Part shown: in pieces, positions 37,201-52,400 of the stretch
How the letters are laid out: every line of letters begins with the position of its first letter
Numbering within the stretch: position 1 is the stretch's first letter
Assembly: GCA_964016885.1 (NCBI GenBank)
Contig: CAXHJY010001477.1
Coordinates: 744,001-808,000 of the forward strand
Source of the DNA: Eledone cirrhosa
Lineage: Eukaryota
DNA length: 64,000 nucleotides
Direction of reading: 5' to 3'
Notes under the pieces: generated by a model
The model's database searches: none
What the model saw: only the letters and a program-made list of their open reading frames with translations
Told to the model about the DNA's origin: nothing
Made by a program: the position numbers and the translations under genes

Positions 37201-40200
37201 TTGTAGTGTAGTGACATACCAAGAGACAGTACAGTACACTACACAGTCACATATATACCCTGCTATTGTAGTGTAGTGACATACCAAGAGACAGTACAGT
37301 ACACAGTCACATATATACCCTGCTATTGTAGTGTAGTGACATACCAAGAGACAGTACAGTACAGTACAGTCACATATATACCCTGCTATTGTAGTGTAGT
37401 GACATACCAAGAGACAGTACAGTACAGTACAGTACACAGTCACATATATACCCTGCTATTGTAGTGTAGTGACATACCAAGAGATAGTACAGTACAGTAC
37501 AGTACAGTACACAGTCACATATATACCCTGCTATTGTAGTGTAGTGACATACCAAGAGACAGTACAGTACAGTACACAGCCACATATATACCCTGCTATT
37601 GTAGTGTAGTGACATACCAAGATACAGTACAGTACAGTCACATATATACCCTGCTATTGTAGTGTAGTGCCATACCAAGAGAGAGTACAGTACACAGTCA
37701 CATATATACCCTGCTATTGTAGTGTAGTGACATACCAAGAGACAGTACAGTACACAGTCACATATATACCCTGCTATTGTAGTGTAGTGACATACCAAGA
37801 GACAGTACAGTACAGTACAGTACACAGTCACATATATACCCTGCTATTGTAGTGTAGTGACATACCAAGAGACAGTACAGTACAGTACAGTACACAGTCA
37901 CATATATACCCTGCTATTGTTGTGTAGTGACATACCAAGAGACAGTACAGTACAGTACAGTACACAGTCACATATATACCCTGCTATTGTAGTGTAGTGA
38001 CATACCAAGAGACAGTACAGTACATTACAGTACACAGTCACATATATACCCTGCTATTGTAGTGTAGTGACATACCAAGAGAGAGTACAGTACAGTACAG
38101 TCACATATATACCCTGCTATTGTAGTGTAGTGACATACCAAGAGAGAGTACAGTACACAGTCACATATATACCCTGCTATTGTAGTGTAGTGACATACCA
38201 AGAGACAGTACAGTACAGTACACAGTCACATATATACCCTGCTATTGTAGTGTAGTGACATACCAAGAGACAGTACAGTACAGTACACAGTCACATATAT
38301 ACCCTGCTATTGTAGTGTAGTGACATACCAAGAGAGAGTACAGTACACAGTCACATATATACCCTGCTATTGTAGTGTAGTGACATACCAAGAGACAGTA
38401 CAGTACAGTACTGTACACAGTCACATATATACCTTGCTATTGTAGTGTAGTAACATACCAAGAGACAGTACAGTACACAGTCACATATATACCCTGCTAT
38501 TGTAGTGTAGTGACATACCAAGAGACAGTACAGTACAGTCACATACATATCCTGCTATTGTAATGTAGTGATATACCAAGAAACAGTACAGTACAGTACA
38601 CAGTCACATATATACCCTGCTATTGTAGTGTAGTGACATACCAAGTGATAGTACAGTACAGTACAGTACACAGTCACATATATACCCTGCTATTGTAGTG
38701 TAGTGACATACCAAGAGACAGTACAGTACAGTACAGTCACATATATACCCTGCTATTTTAGTGTAGTGACATACCAGGAGACATTACAGTACACAGTCAC
38801 ATATATACCCTGCTATTGTAGTGTAGTGACATACCAAGAGACAGTACAGTACACTACACAGTCACATATATACCCTGCTATTGTAGTGTAGTGACATACC
38901 AAGAGACAGTACAGTACACAGTCACATATATACCCTGCTATTGTAGTGTAGTGACATACCAAGAGACAGTACAGTACAGTACAGTCACATATATACCCTG
39001 CTATTGTAGTGTAGTGACATACCAAGAGACAGTACAGTACAGTACAGTACACAGTCACATATATACCCTGCTATTGTAGTGTAGTGACATACCAAGAGAT
39101 AGTACAGTACAGTACAGTACAGTACACAGTCACATATATACCCTGCTATTGTAGTGTAGTGACATACCAAGAGACAGTACAGTACAGTACACAGCCACAT
39201 ATATACCCTGCTATTGTAGTGTAGTGACATACCAAGATACAGTACAGTACAGTCACATATATACCCTGCTATTGTAGTGTAGTGCCATACCAAGAGAGAG
39301 TACAGTACACAGTCACATATATACCCTGCTATTGTAGTGTAGTGACATACCAAGAGACAGTACAGTACACAGTCACATATATACCCTGCTATTGTAGTGT
39401 AGTGACATACCAAGAGACAGTACAGTACAGTACAGTACACAGTCACATATATACCCTGCTATTGTAGTGTAGTGACATACCAAGAGACAGTACAGTACAG
39501 TACAGTACACAGTCACATATATACCCTGCTATTGTTGTGTAGTGACATACCAAGAGACAGTACAGTACAGTACAGTACACAGTCACATATATACCCTGCT
39601 ATTGTAGTGTAGTGACATACCAAGAGACAGTACAGTACATTACAGTACACAGTCACATATATACCCTGCTATTGTAGTGTAGTGACATACCAAGAGAGAG
39701 TACAGTACAGTACAGTCACATATATACCCTGCTATTGTAGTGTAGTGACATACCAAGAGAGAGTACAGTACACAGTCACATATATACCCTGCTATTGTAG
39801 TGTAGTGACATACCAAGAGACAGTACAGTACAGTACACAGTCACATATATACCCTGCTATTGTAGTGTAGTGACATACCAAGAGACAGTACAGTACAGTA
39901 CACAGTCACATATATACCCTGCTATTGTAGTGTAGTGACATACCAAGAGAGAGTACAGTACACAGTCACATATATACCCTGCTATTGTAGTGTAGTGACA
40001 TACCAAGAGACAGTACAGTACAGTACTGTACACAGTCACATATATACCTTGCTATTGTAGTGTAGTAACATACCAAGAGACAGTACAGTACACAGTCACA
40101 TATATACCCTGCTATTGTAGTGTAGTGACATACCAAGAGACAGTACAGTACAGTCACATACATATCCTGCTATTGTAATGTAGTGACATACCAAGAAACA

Positions 40201-43200
40201 GTACAGTACAGTACACAGTCACATATATACCCTGCTATTGTAGTGTAGTCACATACCAAGAGACAGTACAGTACAGTACAGTACACAGTCACATATATAC
40301 CCTGCTATTGTAGTGTAGTGACATACCAAGAGACAGTACAGTACAGTACACAGTCACATATATACCCTGCTATTGTAGTGTAGTGACATACCAAGAGACA
40401 GTACAGTACAGTACAGTACACAGTCACATATATACCCTGCTATTGTAGTGTAGTGACATACCAAGAGACAGTACAGTACGGTACACAGTCACATATATAC
40501 CCTGCTATTGTAGTGTAGGGACATACCAAGAGACAGTACAGTACAGTACACAGTCACATATATACCCTGCTATTGTAGTGTAGTGACATACCAAGAGAGA
40601 GTACAGTACACAGTCACATATATACCCTGCTATTGTAGTGTAGTGACATACCAAGAGACAGTACAGTACAGTACACAGTCACATATATACCCTGCTGTTG
40701 TGTAGTGACATACCAAGAGACAGTACAGTACAGTACAGTACACAGTCACATATATACCCTGCTATTGTAGTGTAGTGACATACCAAGAGACAGTACAGTA
40801 CACAGACACATATATACCCTGCTATTGTAGTGTAGTGACATACCAAGAGACAGTACAGTACAGTACAGTACAGTACACAGTCACATATATACCCTGCTAG
40901 TGTAGTGTAGTGACATACCAAGAGACAGTAGAGTACAGTACACAGTCACATATATACCCTGCTATTGTAGTGTAGTGTCATACCAAGAGATAGTACAGTA
41001 CAGTACACAGTCACATATATACCCTGCTATTGTAGTGTAGTGACATACCAAGAGACAGTACAGTACAGTACAGTACAGTACACAGTCACATATATACCCT
41101 GCTAGTGTAGTGTAGTGACATACCAAGAGACAGTACAGTACGGTACACAGTCACATATATACCCTGCTAGTGTAGTGTAGTGACATACCAAGAGACAGTA
41201 CAGTACAGTACAGTCACATATATACCCTGCTATTGTAGTGTAGTGCCATACCAAGAGAGAGTACAGTACACAGTCACATATATACCCTGCTATTGTAGTG
41301 TAGTGACATACCAAGAGACAGTACAGTACACAGTCACATATATACCCTGCTATTGTAGTGTAGTGACATACCAAGAGACAGTACAGTACAGTACAGTACA
41401 CAGTCACATATATACCCTGCTATTGTAGTGTAGTGACATACCAAGAGACAGTACAGTACAGTACAGTACACAGTCACATATATACCCTGCTATTGTTGTG
41501 TAGTGACATACCAAGAGACAGTACAGTACAGTACAGTACACAGTCACATATATACCCTGCTATTGTAGTGTAGTGACATACCAAGAGACAGTACAGTACA
41601 TTACAGTACACAGTCACATATATACCCTGCTATTGTAGTGTAGTGACATACCAAGAGAGAGTACAGTACAGTACAGTCACATATATACCCTGCTATTGTA
41701 GTGTAGTGACATACCAAGAGAGAGTACAGTACACAGTCACATATATACCCTGCTATTGTAGTGTAGTGACATACCAAGAGACAGTACAGTACAGTACACA
41801 GTCACATATATACCCTGCTATTGTAGTGTAGTGACATACCAAGAGACAGTACAGTACAGTACACAGTCACATATATACCCTGCTATTGTAGTGTAGTGAC
41901 ATACCAAGAGAGAGTACAGTACACAGTCACATATATACCCTGCTATTGTAGTGTAGTGACATACCAAGAGACAGTACAGTACAGTACTGTACACAGTCAC
42001 ATATATACCTTGCTATTGTAGTGTAGTAACATACCAAGAGACAGTACAGTACACAGTCACATATATACCCTGCTATTGTAGTGTAGTGACATACCAAGAG
42101 ACAGTACAGTACAGTCACATATATATCCTGCTATTGTAATGTAGTGACATACCAAGAAACAGTACAGTACAGTACACACATATACCCTGCTATTGTAGTG
42201 TAGTCACATACCAAGAGACAGTACAGTACAGTACACAGTCACATATATACCCTGCTATTGTAGTGTAGTGACATACCAAGAGACAGTACAGTACAGTACA
42301 CAGTCACATATATACCCTGCTATTGTAGTGTAGTGACATACCAAGAGACAGTACAGTACAGTACAGTACACAGTCACATATATACCCTGCTATTGTAGTG
42401 TAGTGACATACCAAGAGACAGTACAGTACGGTACACAGTCACATATATACCCTGCTATTGTAGTGTAGGGACATACCAAGAGACAGTACAGTACAGTACA
42501 CAGTCACATATATACCCTGCTATTGTAGTGTAGTGACATACCAAGAGAGAGTACAGTAGACAGTCACATATATACCCTGCTATTGTAGTGTAGTAACATA
42601 CCAAGAGACAGTACAGTACAGTACACAGTCACATATATACCCTGCTGTTGTAGTGTAGTGACATACCAAGAGACAGTACAGTACAGTAACATATATACCC
42701 TGCTATTGTAGTGTAGTGACATACCAAGAGACAGTACAGTACACAGTCACATATATACCCTGCTATTGTAGTGTGGTGACATACCAAGAGACAGTACAGT
42801 ACACAGTCACATATATACCCTGCTATTGTAGTGTAGTGACATACCAAGAGACAGTACAGTACAGTACAGTCACATATATACCCTGCTTTTGTAGTGTAGT
42901 GACATACCAAGAGACAGTACAGTACACTACACAGTCACATATATACCCTGCTATTGTAGTGTAGTGACATACGAAGAGACAGTACAGTACAGTACACAGT
43001 CACATATATACCCTGCTATTGTAGTGTAGTGACATACCAAGAGACAGTACAGTACACTACACAGTCACATATATACCCTACTATTGTAGTGTAGTGACAT
43101 ACCAAGAGACAGTACAGTACAGTACAGTCACATATATACCCTGCTATTGTAGTGTAGTGACATACCAAGAGACAGTACAGTACACAGTCACATATATACC

Positions 43201-46200
43201 CTGCTATTGTAGTGTAGTGACATACCAAGAGACAGTACAGTACAGTACAGTACACAGTCACATATATACCCTGCTATTGTAGTGTAGTGACATACTGAGA
43301 GACAGTACAGTACAGTACACAGTCACATATATACCCTGCTATTGTAGTGTAGTGACATACTGAGAGACAGTACAGTACAGTACACAGTCACATATATACC
43401 CTGCTATTGTAGTGTAGTGACATACGAAGAGACAGTACAGTACAGTACACAGTCACATATATACCCTGCTATTGTAGTGTAGTGACATACCAAGAGACAG
43501 TACAGTACAGTAGACAGTCACATATATAGCCTGCTATTGTAGTGTAGTGACATACCAAGAGACAGTACAGTACACTACACAGTCACATATATACCCTGCT
43601 ATTGTAGTGTAGTGACATACCAAGAGACAGTACAGTACAGTACAGTCACATATATACCCTGCTATTGTAGTGTAGTGACATACCAAGAGACAGTACAGTA
43701 CACGGTCACATATATACCCTGCTTTTGTTATGTAGTGACATACCAAGAGACAGTACAGTACAGTACAGTCACATATATACCCTGCTATTGTAGTGTAGTG
43801 ACATACCAAGAGACAGTACAGTACAGTACAGTACACAGTCACATATATACCCTGCTATTGTAGTGTAGTGACATACCAAGAGACAGTACAGTACAGTACA
43901 CAGTCACATATATACCCTGCTATTGTAGTGTAGTGACATAACAAGAGACAGTACAGTACAGTACACAGTCACATATATACCATGCTATTGTAGTGTAGTG
44001 ACATACCAAGAGACAGTACAGTACACAGTCACATATATACCCTGCTATTGTAAAGTAGTGACATACCAAGAGACAGTACAGTACAGTACAGTACACAGTC
44101 ACATATAAACCCTGCTATTGTAGTGTAGTGACATACCAAGAGACAGTACAGTACACAGTCACATATATACCCTGCTATTGTAATGTAGTGACATACCAAG
44201 AGACAGTACAGTACAGTACACAGTCACATATATACCCTGCTATTGTAGTGTAGTGACATACCAAGAGACAGTACAGTACAATACACAGTCACATATATAC
44301 CCTGCTGTTGTAGCGTAGTGACATACCAAGAGACAGTACAGTACACAGTCACATATATCCTCTGCTATTGTAATGTAGTGACATACCAAGAGACAGTACA
44401 GTACACAGTCACATATATACCCTGCTATTGTAGTGTAGTGACATACCAAGAGAGAGTACAGTATAGTACAGTCACATATATACCCTGCTATTGTAGTGTA
44501 GTGACATACCAAGAGACAGTACAGTACACAGTTACATATATACCCTGCTATTGTAGTGTAGTGACATACCAAGAGACAGTACAGTACAGTCACATATATA
44601 CCCTGCTATTGTAGTGTAGTGACATACCAAGAGACAGTACAGTACAGTACAGTACACAGTCACATATATACCCTGCTATTGTAGTGTAGTGACATACCAA
44701 GAGATAGTACAGTACAGTACGGTACAGTACACAGTCACATATATACCCTGCTATTGTAGTGTAGTGACATACCCAGAGAGAGTACAGTACACAGTCACAT
44801 ATATACCCTGCTAGTGTAGTGTAGTGACATACCAAGAGACAGTAGAGTACAGTACACAGTCACATATATACCCTGCTATTGTAGTGTAGTGTCATACCAA
44901 GAGATAGTACAGTACAGTACAGTACACAGTCACATATATACCCTGCTATTGTAGTGTAGTGACATACCAAGAGACAGTACAGTACAGTACAGTACAGTAC
45001 ACAGTCACATATATACCCTGCTAGTGTAGTGTAGTGACATACCAAGAGACAGTAGAGTATAGTACACAGTCACATATATACCCTGCTATTGTAGTGTAGT
45101 GACATACCAAGAGACAGTACAGTACAGTACAGTCACATATATACCCTGCTATTGTAGTGTAGTGACATACCAAGAGACAGTACAGTACAGTACACAGTCC
45201 CATATATACCCTGCTATTGTAGTGTAGTGACATACCAAGAGACAGTACAGTACAGTCACATATATACCCTGCTATTGTAGTGTAGTGACATACCAAGAGA
45301 CAGTACAGTACAGTACACAGTCACATATATACCCTGCTATTGTAGTGTAGTGACATACCAAGAGACAGTACAGTACAGTACACAGTCACATATATACCCT
45401 GCTATTGTAGTGTAGTGACATACCAAGTGATAGTACAGTACAGTACAGTACACAGTCACATATATACCCTGCTATTGTAGTGTAGTGACATACCAAGAGA
45501 CAGTACAGTACAGTACAGTCACATATATACCCTGCTATTTTAGTGTAGTGACATACCAGGAGACATTACAGTACACAGTCACATATATACCCTGCTATTG
45601 TAGTGTAGTGACATACCAAGAGACAGTACAGTACACTACACAGTCACATATATACCCTGCTATTGTAGTGTAGTGACATACCAAGAGACAGTACAGTACA
45701 CAGTCACATATATACCCTGCTATTGTAGTGTAGTGACATACCAAGAGACAGTACAGTACAGTACAGTCACATATATACCCTGCTATTGTAGTGTAGTGAC
45801 ATACCAAGAGACAGTACAGTACAGTACAGTACACAGTCACATATATACCCTGCTATTGTAGTGTAGTGACATACCAAGAGATAGTACAGTACAGTACAGT
45901 ACAGTACACAGTCACATATATACCCTGCTATTGTAGTGTAGTGACATACCAAGAGACAGTACAGTACAGTACACAGCCACATATATACCCTGCTATTGTA
46001 GTGTAGTGACATACCAAGATACAGTACAGTACAGTCACATATATACCCTGCTATTGTAGTGTAGTGCCATACCAAGAGAGAGTACAGTACACAGTCACAT
46101 ATATACCCTGCTATTGTAGTGTAGTGACATACCAAGAGACAGTACAGTACACAGTCACATATATACCCTGCTATTGTAGTGTAGTGACATACCAAGAGAC

Positions 46201-49200
46201 AGTACAGTACAGTACAGTACACAGTCACATATATACCCTGCTATTGTAGTGTAGTGACATACCAAGAGACAGTACAGTACAGTACAGTACACAGTCACAT
46301 ATATACCCTGCTATTGTTGTGTAGTGACATACCAAGAGACAGTACAGTACAGTACAGTACACAGTCACATATATACCCTGCTATTGTAGTGTAGTGACAT
46401 ACCAAGAGACAGTACAGTACATTACAGTACACAGTCACATATATACCCTGCTATTGTAGTGTAGTGACATACCAAGAGAGAGTACAGTACAGTACAGTCA
46501 CATATATACCCTGCTATTGTAGTGTAGTGACATACCAAGAGAGAGTACAGTACACAGTCACATATATACCCTGCTATTGTAGTGTAGTGACATACCAAGA
46601 GACAGTACAGTACAGTACACAGTCACATATATACCCTGCTATTGTAGTGTAGTGACATACCAAGAGACAGTACAGTACAGTACACAGTCACATATATACC
46701 CTGCTATTGTAGTGTAGTGACATACCAAGAGAGAGTACAGTACACAGTCACATATATACCCTGCTATTGTAGTGTAGTGACATACCAAGAGACAGTACAG
46801 TACAGTACTGTACACAGTCACATATATACCTTGCTATTGTAGTGTAGTAACATACCAAGAGACAGTACAGTACACAGTCACATATATACCCTGCTATTGT
46901 AGTGTAGTGACATACCAAGAGACAGTACAGTACAGTCACATACATATCCTGCTATTGTAATGTAGTGACATACCAAGAAACAGTACAGTACAGTACACAG
47001 TCACATATATACCCTGCTATTGTAGTGTAGTCACATACCAAGAGACAGTACAGTACAGTACAGTACACAGTCACATATATACCCTGCTATTGTAGTGTAG
47101 TGACATACCAAGAGACAGTACAGTACAGTACACAGTCACATATATACCCTGCTATTGTAGTGTAGTGACATACCAAGAGACAGTACAGTACAGTACAGTA
47201 CACAGTCACATATATACCCTGCTATTGTAGTGTAGTGACATACCAAGAGACAGTACAGTACGGTACACAGTCACATATATACCCTGCTATTGTAGTGTAG
47301 GGACATACCAAGAGACAGTACAGTACAGTACACAGTCACATATATACCCTGCTATTGTAGTGTAGTGACATACCAAGAGAGAGTACAGTACACAGTCACA
47401 TATATACCCTGCTATTGTAGTGTAGTGACATACCAAGAGACAGTACAGTACAGTACACAGTCACATATATACCCTGCTGTTGTGTAGTGACATACCAAGA
47501 GACAGTACAGTACAGTACAGTACACAGTCACATATATACCCTGCTATTGTAGTGTAGTGACATACCAAGAGACAGTACAGTACACAGACACATATATACC
47601 CTGCTATTGTAGTGTAGTGACATACCAAGAGACAGTACAGTACAGTACAGTACAGTACACAGTCACATATATACCCTGCTAGTGTAGTGTAGTGACATAC
47701 CAAGAGACAGTAGAGTACAGTACACAGTCACATATATACCCTGCTATTGTAGTGTAGTGTCATACCAAGAGATAGTACAGTACAGTACACAGTCACATAT
47801 ATACCCTGCTATTGTAGTGTAGTGACATACCAAGAGACAGTACAGTACAGTACAGTACAGTACACAGTCACATATATACCCTGCTAGTGTAGTGTAGTGA
47901 CATACCAAGAGACAGTACAGTACGGTACACAGTCACATATATACCCTGCTAGTGTAGTGTAGTGACATACCAAGAGACAGTACAGTACAGTACAGTCACA
48001 TATATACCCTGCTATTGTAGTGTAGTGCCATACCAAGAGAGAGTACAGTACACAGTCACATATATACCCTGCTATTGTAGTGTAGTGACATACCAAGAGA
48101 CAGTACAGTACACAGTCACATATATACCCTGCTATTGTAGTGTAGTGACATACCAAGAGACAGTACAGTACAGTACAGTACACAGTCACATATATACCCT
48201 GCTATTGTAGTGTAGTGACATACCAAGAGACAGTACAGTACAGTACAGTACACAGTCACATATATACCCTGCTATTGTTGTGTAGTGACATACCAAGAGA
48301 CAGTACAGTACAGTACAGTACACAGTCACATATATACCCTGCTATTGTAGTGTAGTGACATACCAAGAGACAGTACAGTACATTACAGTACACAGTCACA
48401 TATATACCCTGCTATTGTAGTGTAGTGACATACCAAGAGAGAGTACAGTACAGTACAGTCACATATATACCCTGCTATTGTAGTGTAGTGACATACCAAG
48501 AGAGAGTACAGTACACAGTCACATATATACCCTGCTATTGTAGTGTAGTGACATACCAAGAGACAGTACAGTACAGTACACAGTCACATATATACCCTGC
48601 TATTGTAGTGTAGTGACATACCAAGAGACAGTACAGTACAGTACACAGTCACATATATACCCTGCTATTGTAGTGTAGTGACATACCAAGAGAGAGTACA
48701 GTACACAGTCACATATATACCCTGCTATTGTAGTGTAGTGACATACCAAGAGACAGTACAGTACAGTACTGTACACAGTCACATATATACCTTGCTATTG
48801 TAGTGTAGTAACATACCAAGAGACAGTACAGTACACAGTCACATATATACCCTGCTATTGTAGTGTAGTGACATACCAAGAGACAGTACAGTACAGTCAC
48901 ATATATATCCTGCTATTGTAATGTAGTGACATACCAAGAAACAGTACAGTACAGTACACACATATACCCTGCTATTGTAGTGTAGTCACATACCAAGAGA
49001 CAGTACAGTACAGTACACAGTCACATATATACCCTGCTATTGTAGTGTAGTGACATACCAAGAGACAGTACAGTACAGTACACAGTCACATATATACCCT
49101 GCTATTGTAGTGTAGTGACATACCAAGAGACAGTACAGTACAGTACAGTACACAGTCACATATATACCCTGCTATTGTAGTGTAGTGACATACCAAGAGA

Positions 49201-49430
49201 CAGTACAGTACGGTACACAGTCACATATATACCCTGCTATTGTAGTGTAGGGACATACCAAGAGACAGTACAGTACAGTACACAGTCACATATATACCCT
49301 GCTATTGTAGTGTAGTGACATACCAAGAGAGAGTACAGTAGACAGTCACATATATACCCTGCTATTGTAGTGTAGTAACATACCAAGAGACAGTACAGTA
49401 CAGTACACAGTCACATATATACCCTGCTGT
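34250..49430 (+). repeat. Tandem higher-order duplication within Sat-C, 6782-bp unit; the first copy carries a nested 1615-bp tandem duplication (8397 bp in total)
   Basis: CCAAGTGATAG at 37026, 38641 (+1615) and 45423 (+8397). Deletion marker AGTACACACATATACCC at 42171/48953 (+6782). ORF-track pairs 34232/42629 and 40679/47461. Confidence 0.9.
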
Positions 49431-52400
49431 TGTAGTGTAGTGACATACCAAGAGACAGTACAGTACAGTACAGTACACAGTCACATATATACCCTGCTAT
49501 TGTAGTGTAGTGACATACCAAGAGAGAGTACAGTACAGTACACAGACACATATATACCCTGCTATTGTAGTGTAGTGACATACCAAGAGACAGTACAGTA
49601 CAGTACAGTACAGTACACAGTCACATATATACCCTGCTAGTGTAGTGTAGTGACATACCAAGAGACAGTAGAGTACAGTACACAGTCACATATATACCCT
49701 GCTATTGTAGTGTAGTGTCATACCAAGAGATAGTACAGTACAGTACAGTACACAGTCACATATATACCCTGCTATTGTAGTGTAGTGACATACCAAGAGA
49801 CAGTACAGTACAGTACAGTACAGTACACAGTCACATATATACCCTGCTAGTGTAGTGTAGTGACATACCAAGAGACAGTAGAGTATATTACACAGTCACA
49901 TATATACCCTGCTATTGTAGTGTAGTGACATACCAAGAGACAGTACAGTACAGTACAGTACAGTCACATATATACCCTGCTATTGTAGTGTAGTGACATA
50001 CCAAGAGACAGTACAGTACAGTACACAGTCCCATATATACCCTGCTATTGTAGTGTAGTGACATACCAAGAGACAGTACAGTACAGTACAGTCACATATA
50101 TACCCTGCTATTGTAGTGTAGTGACATACCAAGAGACAGTACAGTACAGTACACAGTCACATATATACCCTGCTATTGTAGTGTAGTGACATACCAAGAG
50201 ACAGTACAGTACAGTACACAGTCACATATATACCCTGCTATTGTAGTGTAGTGGCATACCAAGTGATAGTACAGTACAGTACAGTACACAGTCACATATA
50301 TACCCTGCTATTGTAGTGTAGTGACATACCAAGAGACAGTACAGTACAGTACAGTCACATATATACCCTGCTATTTTAGTGTAGTGACATACCAGGAGAC
50401 ATTACAGTACACTGTCACATATATACCCTGCTATTGTAGTGTAGTGACATACCAAGAGACAGTACAGTACACTACACAGTCACATATATACCCTGCTATT
50501 GTAGTGTAGTGACATACCAAGAGACAGTACAGTACACAGTCACATATATACCCTGCTATTGTAGTGTAGTTACATACCAAGAGACAGTACAGTACAGTCA
50601 CATATATAGCCTGCTATTGTAGTGAAGTGACATACCAAGAGACAGTACAATACACAGTCACATATATACCCTGCTATTGTAGTGTAGTGACATACCAAGA
50701 GACAGTACAGTACAGTCACATATATACCCTGCTATTGTAGTGTAGTGACATACCAAGAGACAGTACAGTACAGTCACATATATACCCTGCTATTGTAGTG
50801 TAGTGACATACCAAGAGACAGTACAGTACAGTACACAGTCACATATATACCCTGCTATTGCAGTGTAGTGACATACCAAGAGACAGTACAGTACAGTACA
50901 CAGTCACATATATACCCTGCTATTGTAGTGTAGTGACATACCAAGAGACAGTACAGTACAGTACACAGTCACATATATACCCTGCTATTGTAGTGTAGTG
51001 ACATACCAAGAGACAGTACAGTACAGTACACAGTCACATATATACCCTGCTATTGTAGTGTAGTGACATACCAAGAGACAGTACAGTACAGTACACAGTC
51101 ACATATATGCCCTGCTATTGTAGTGTAGTGACATACCAAGAGACAGTACAGTACAGTACAGTACAGTCACATATATACCCTGCTATTGTAGTGTAGTGAC
51201 ATACCAAGAGACAGTACAGTACAGTCCACAGCCACATATATACCCTGCTATTGTAGTGTAGTGACATACCAAGATATAGTACAGTACAGTACAGTACACA
51301 GTCACATATATACCCTGCTATTGTAGTGTAGTGACATACCAAGAGACAGTACAGTACAGTACAGTCACATATATACCCTGCTATTGTAGGGTACTGACAT
51401 ACCAAGAGACAGTACAGTAGAGTACACAGTCACATATATACTCTGCTATTGTAGTGTAGTGACATACCAAGAGACAGTACAGTACAGTCACATATATACT
51501 CTGCTATTGTAGTGTAGTGACATACCAAGAGACAGTACAGTACAGTACACAGTCACATATATACCCTGCTATTGTAGTGTAGTGACATACCAAGAGACTG
51601 TACAGTACAGTACAGTCACATATATACCCTGCTATTGTAGTGTAGTGACATACCAAGAGACAGTACAGTACAGTACAGTACACAGTCACATATATACCCT
51701 GCTATTGTAGTGTAGTGACATGCCAAGAGACAGTACAGTAGTCACATATATACCCTGCTATTGTAGTGTAGTGACATACCAAGAGACAGTACAGTACAGT
51801 ACACAGTCACATATATAACCTGCTATTGTAGTGTAGTGACATACCAAGAGAGAGTACAGTACACAGTCACATATATACCCTGCTATTGTAGTTTAGTAAC
51901 ATACCAAGAGACAGTACAGTACACAGTCACATATATACCCTGTTATTGTAGTGTAGTGACATACCAAGAGACAGTACAGTCAGATATATACCCTGCTATT
52001 GTAATGTAGTGACATACCAAGAAACAGTACAGTACAGTACACAGTCACATATATACCCTGCTATTGTAGTGTAGTGACATACCAAGAGACAGTACGGTAC
52101 AGTACACAGTCACATATATACCCTGCTATTGTAGTGTAGTGACATACCAAGAGAGAGTACAGTACAGTACTGTACACAGTCACATATATACCCTGCTATT
52201 GTAGTGTAGTGACATACAAAGAGACAGTACAGTACAGTACAGTCACATATATACCCTGCTATTGTAGTGTAGTGACATGCCAAGAGACAGTACAGTACAG
52301 TACACAGTCACATATATACCCTGCTATTGTAGTGTAGTGACATACCAAGAGACAGTACAGTACAGTACACAGTCACATATATACCCTGCTATTGTAGTGT

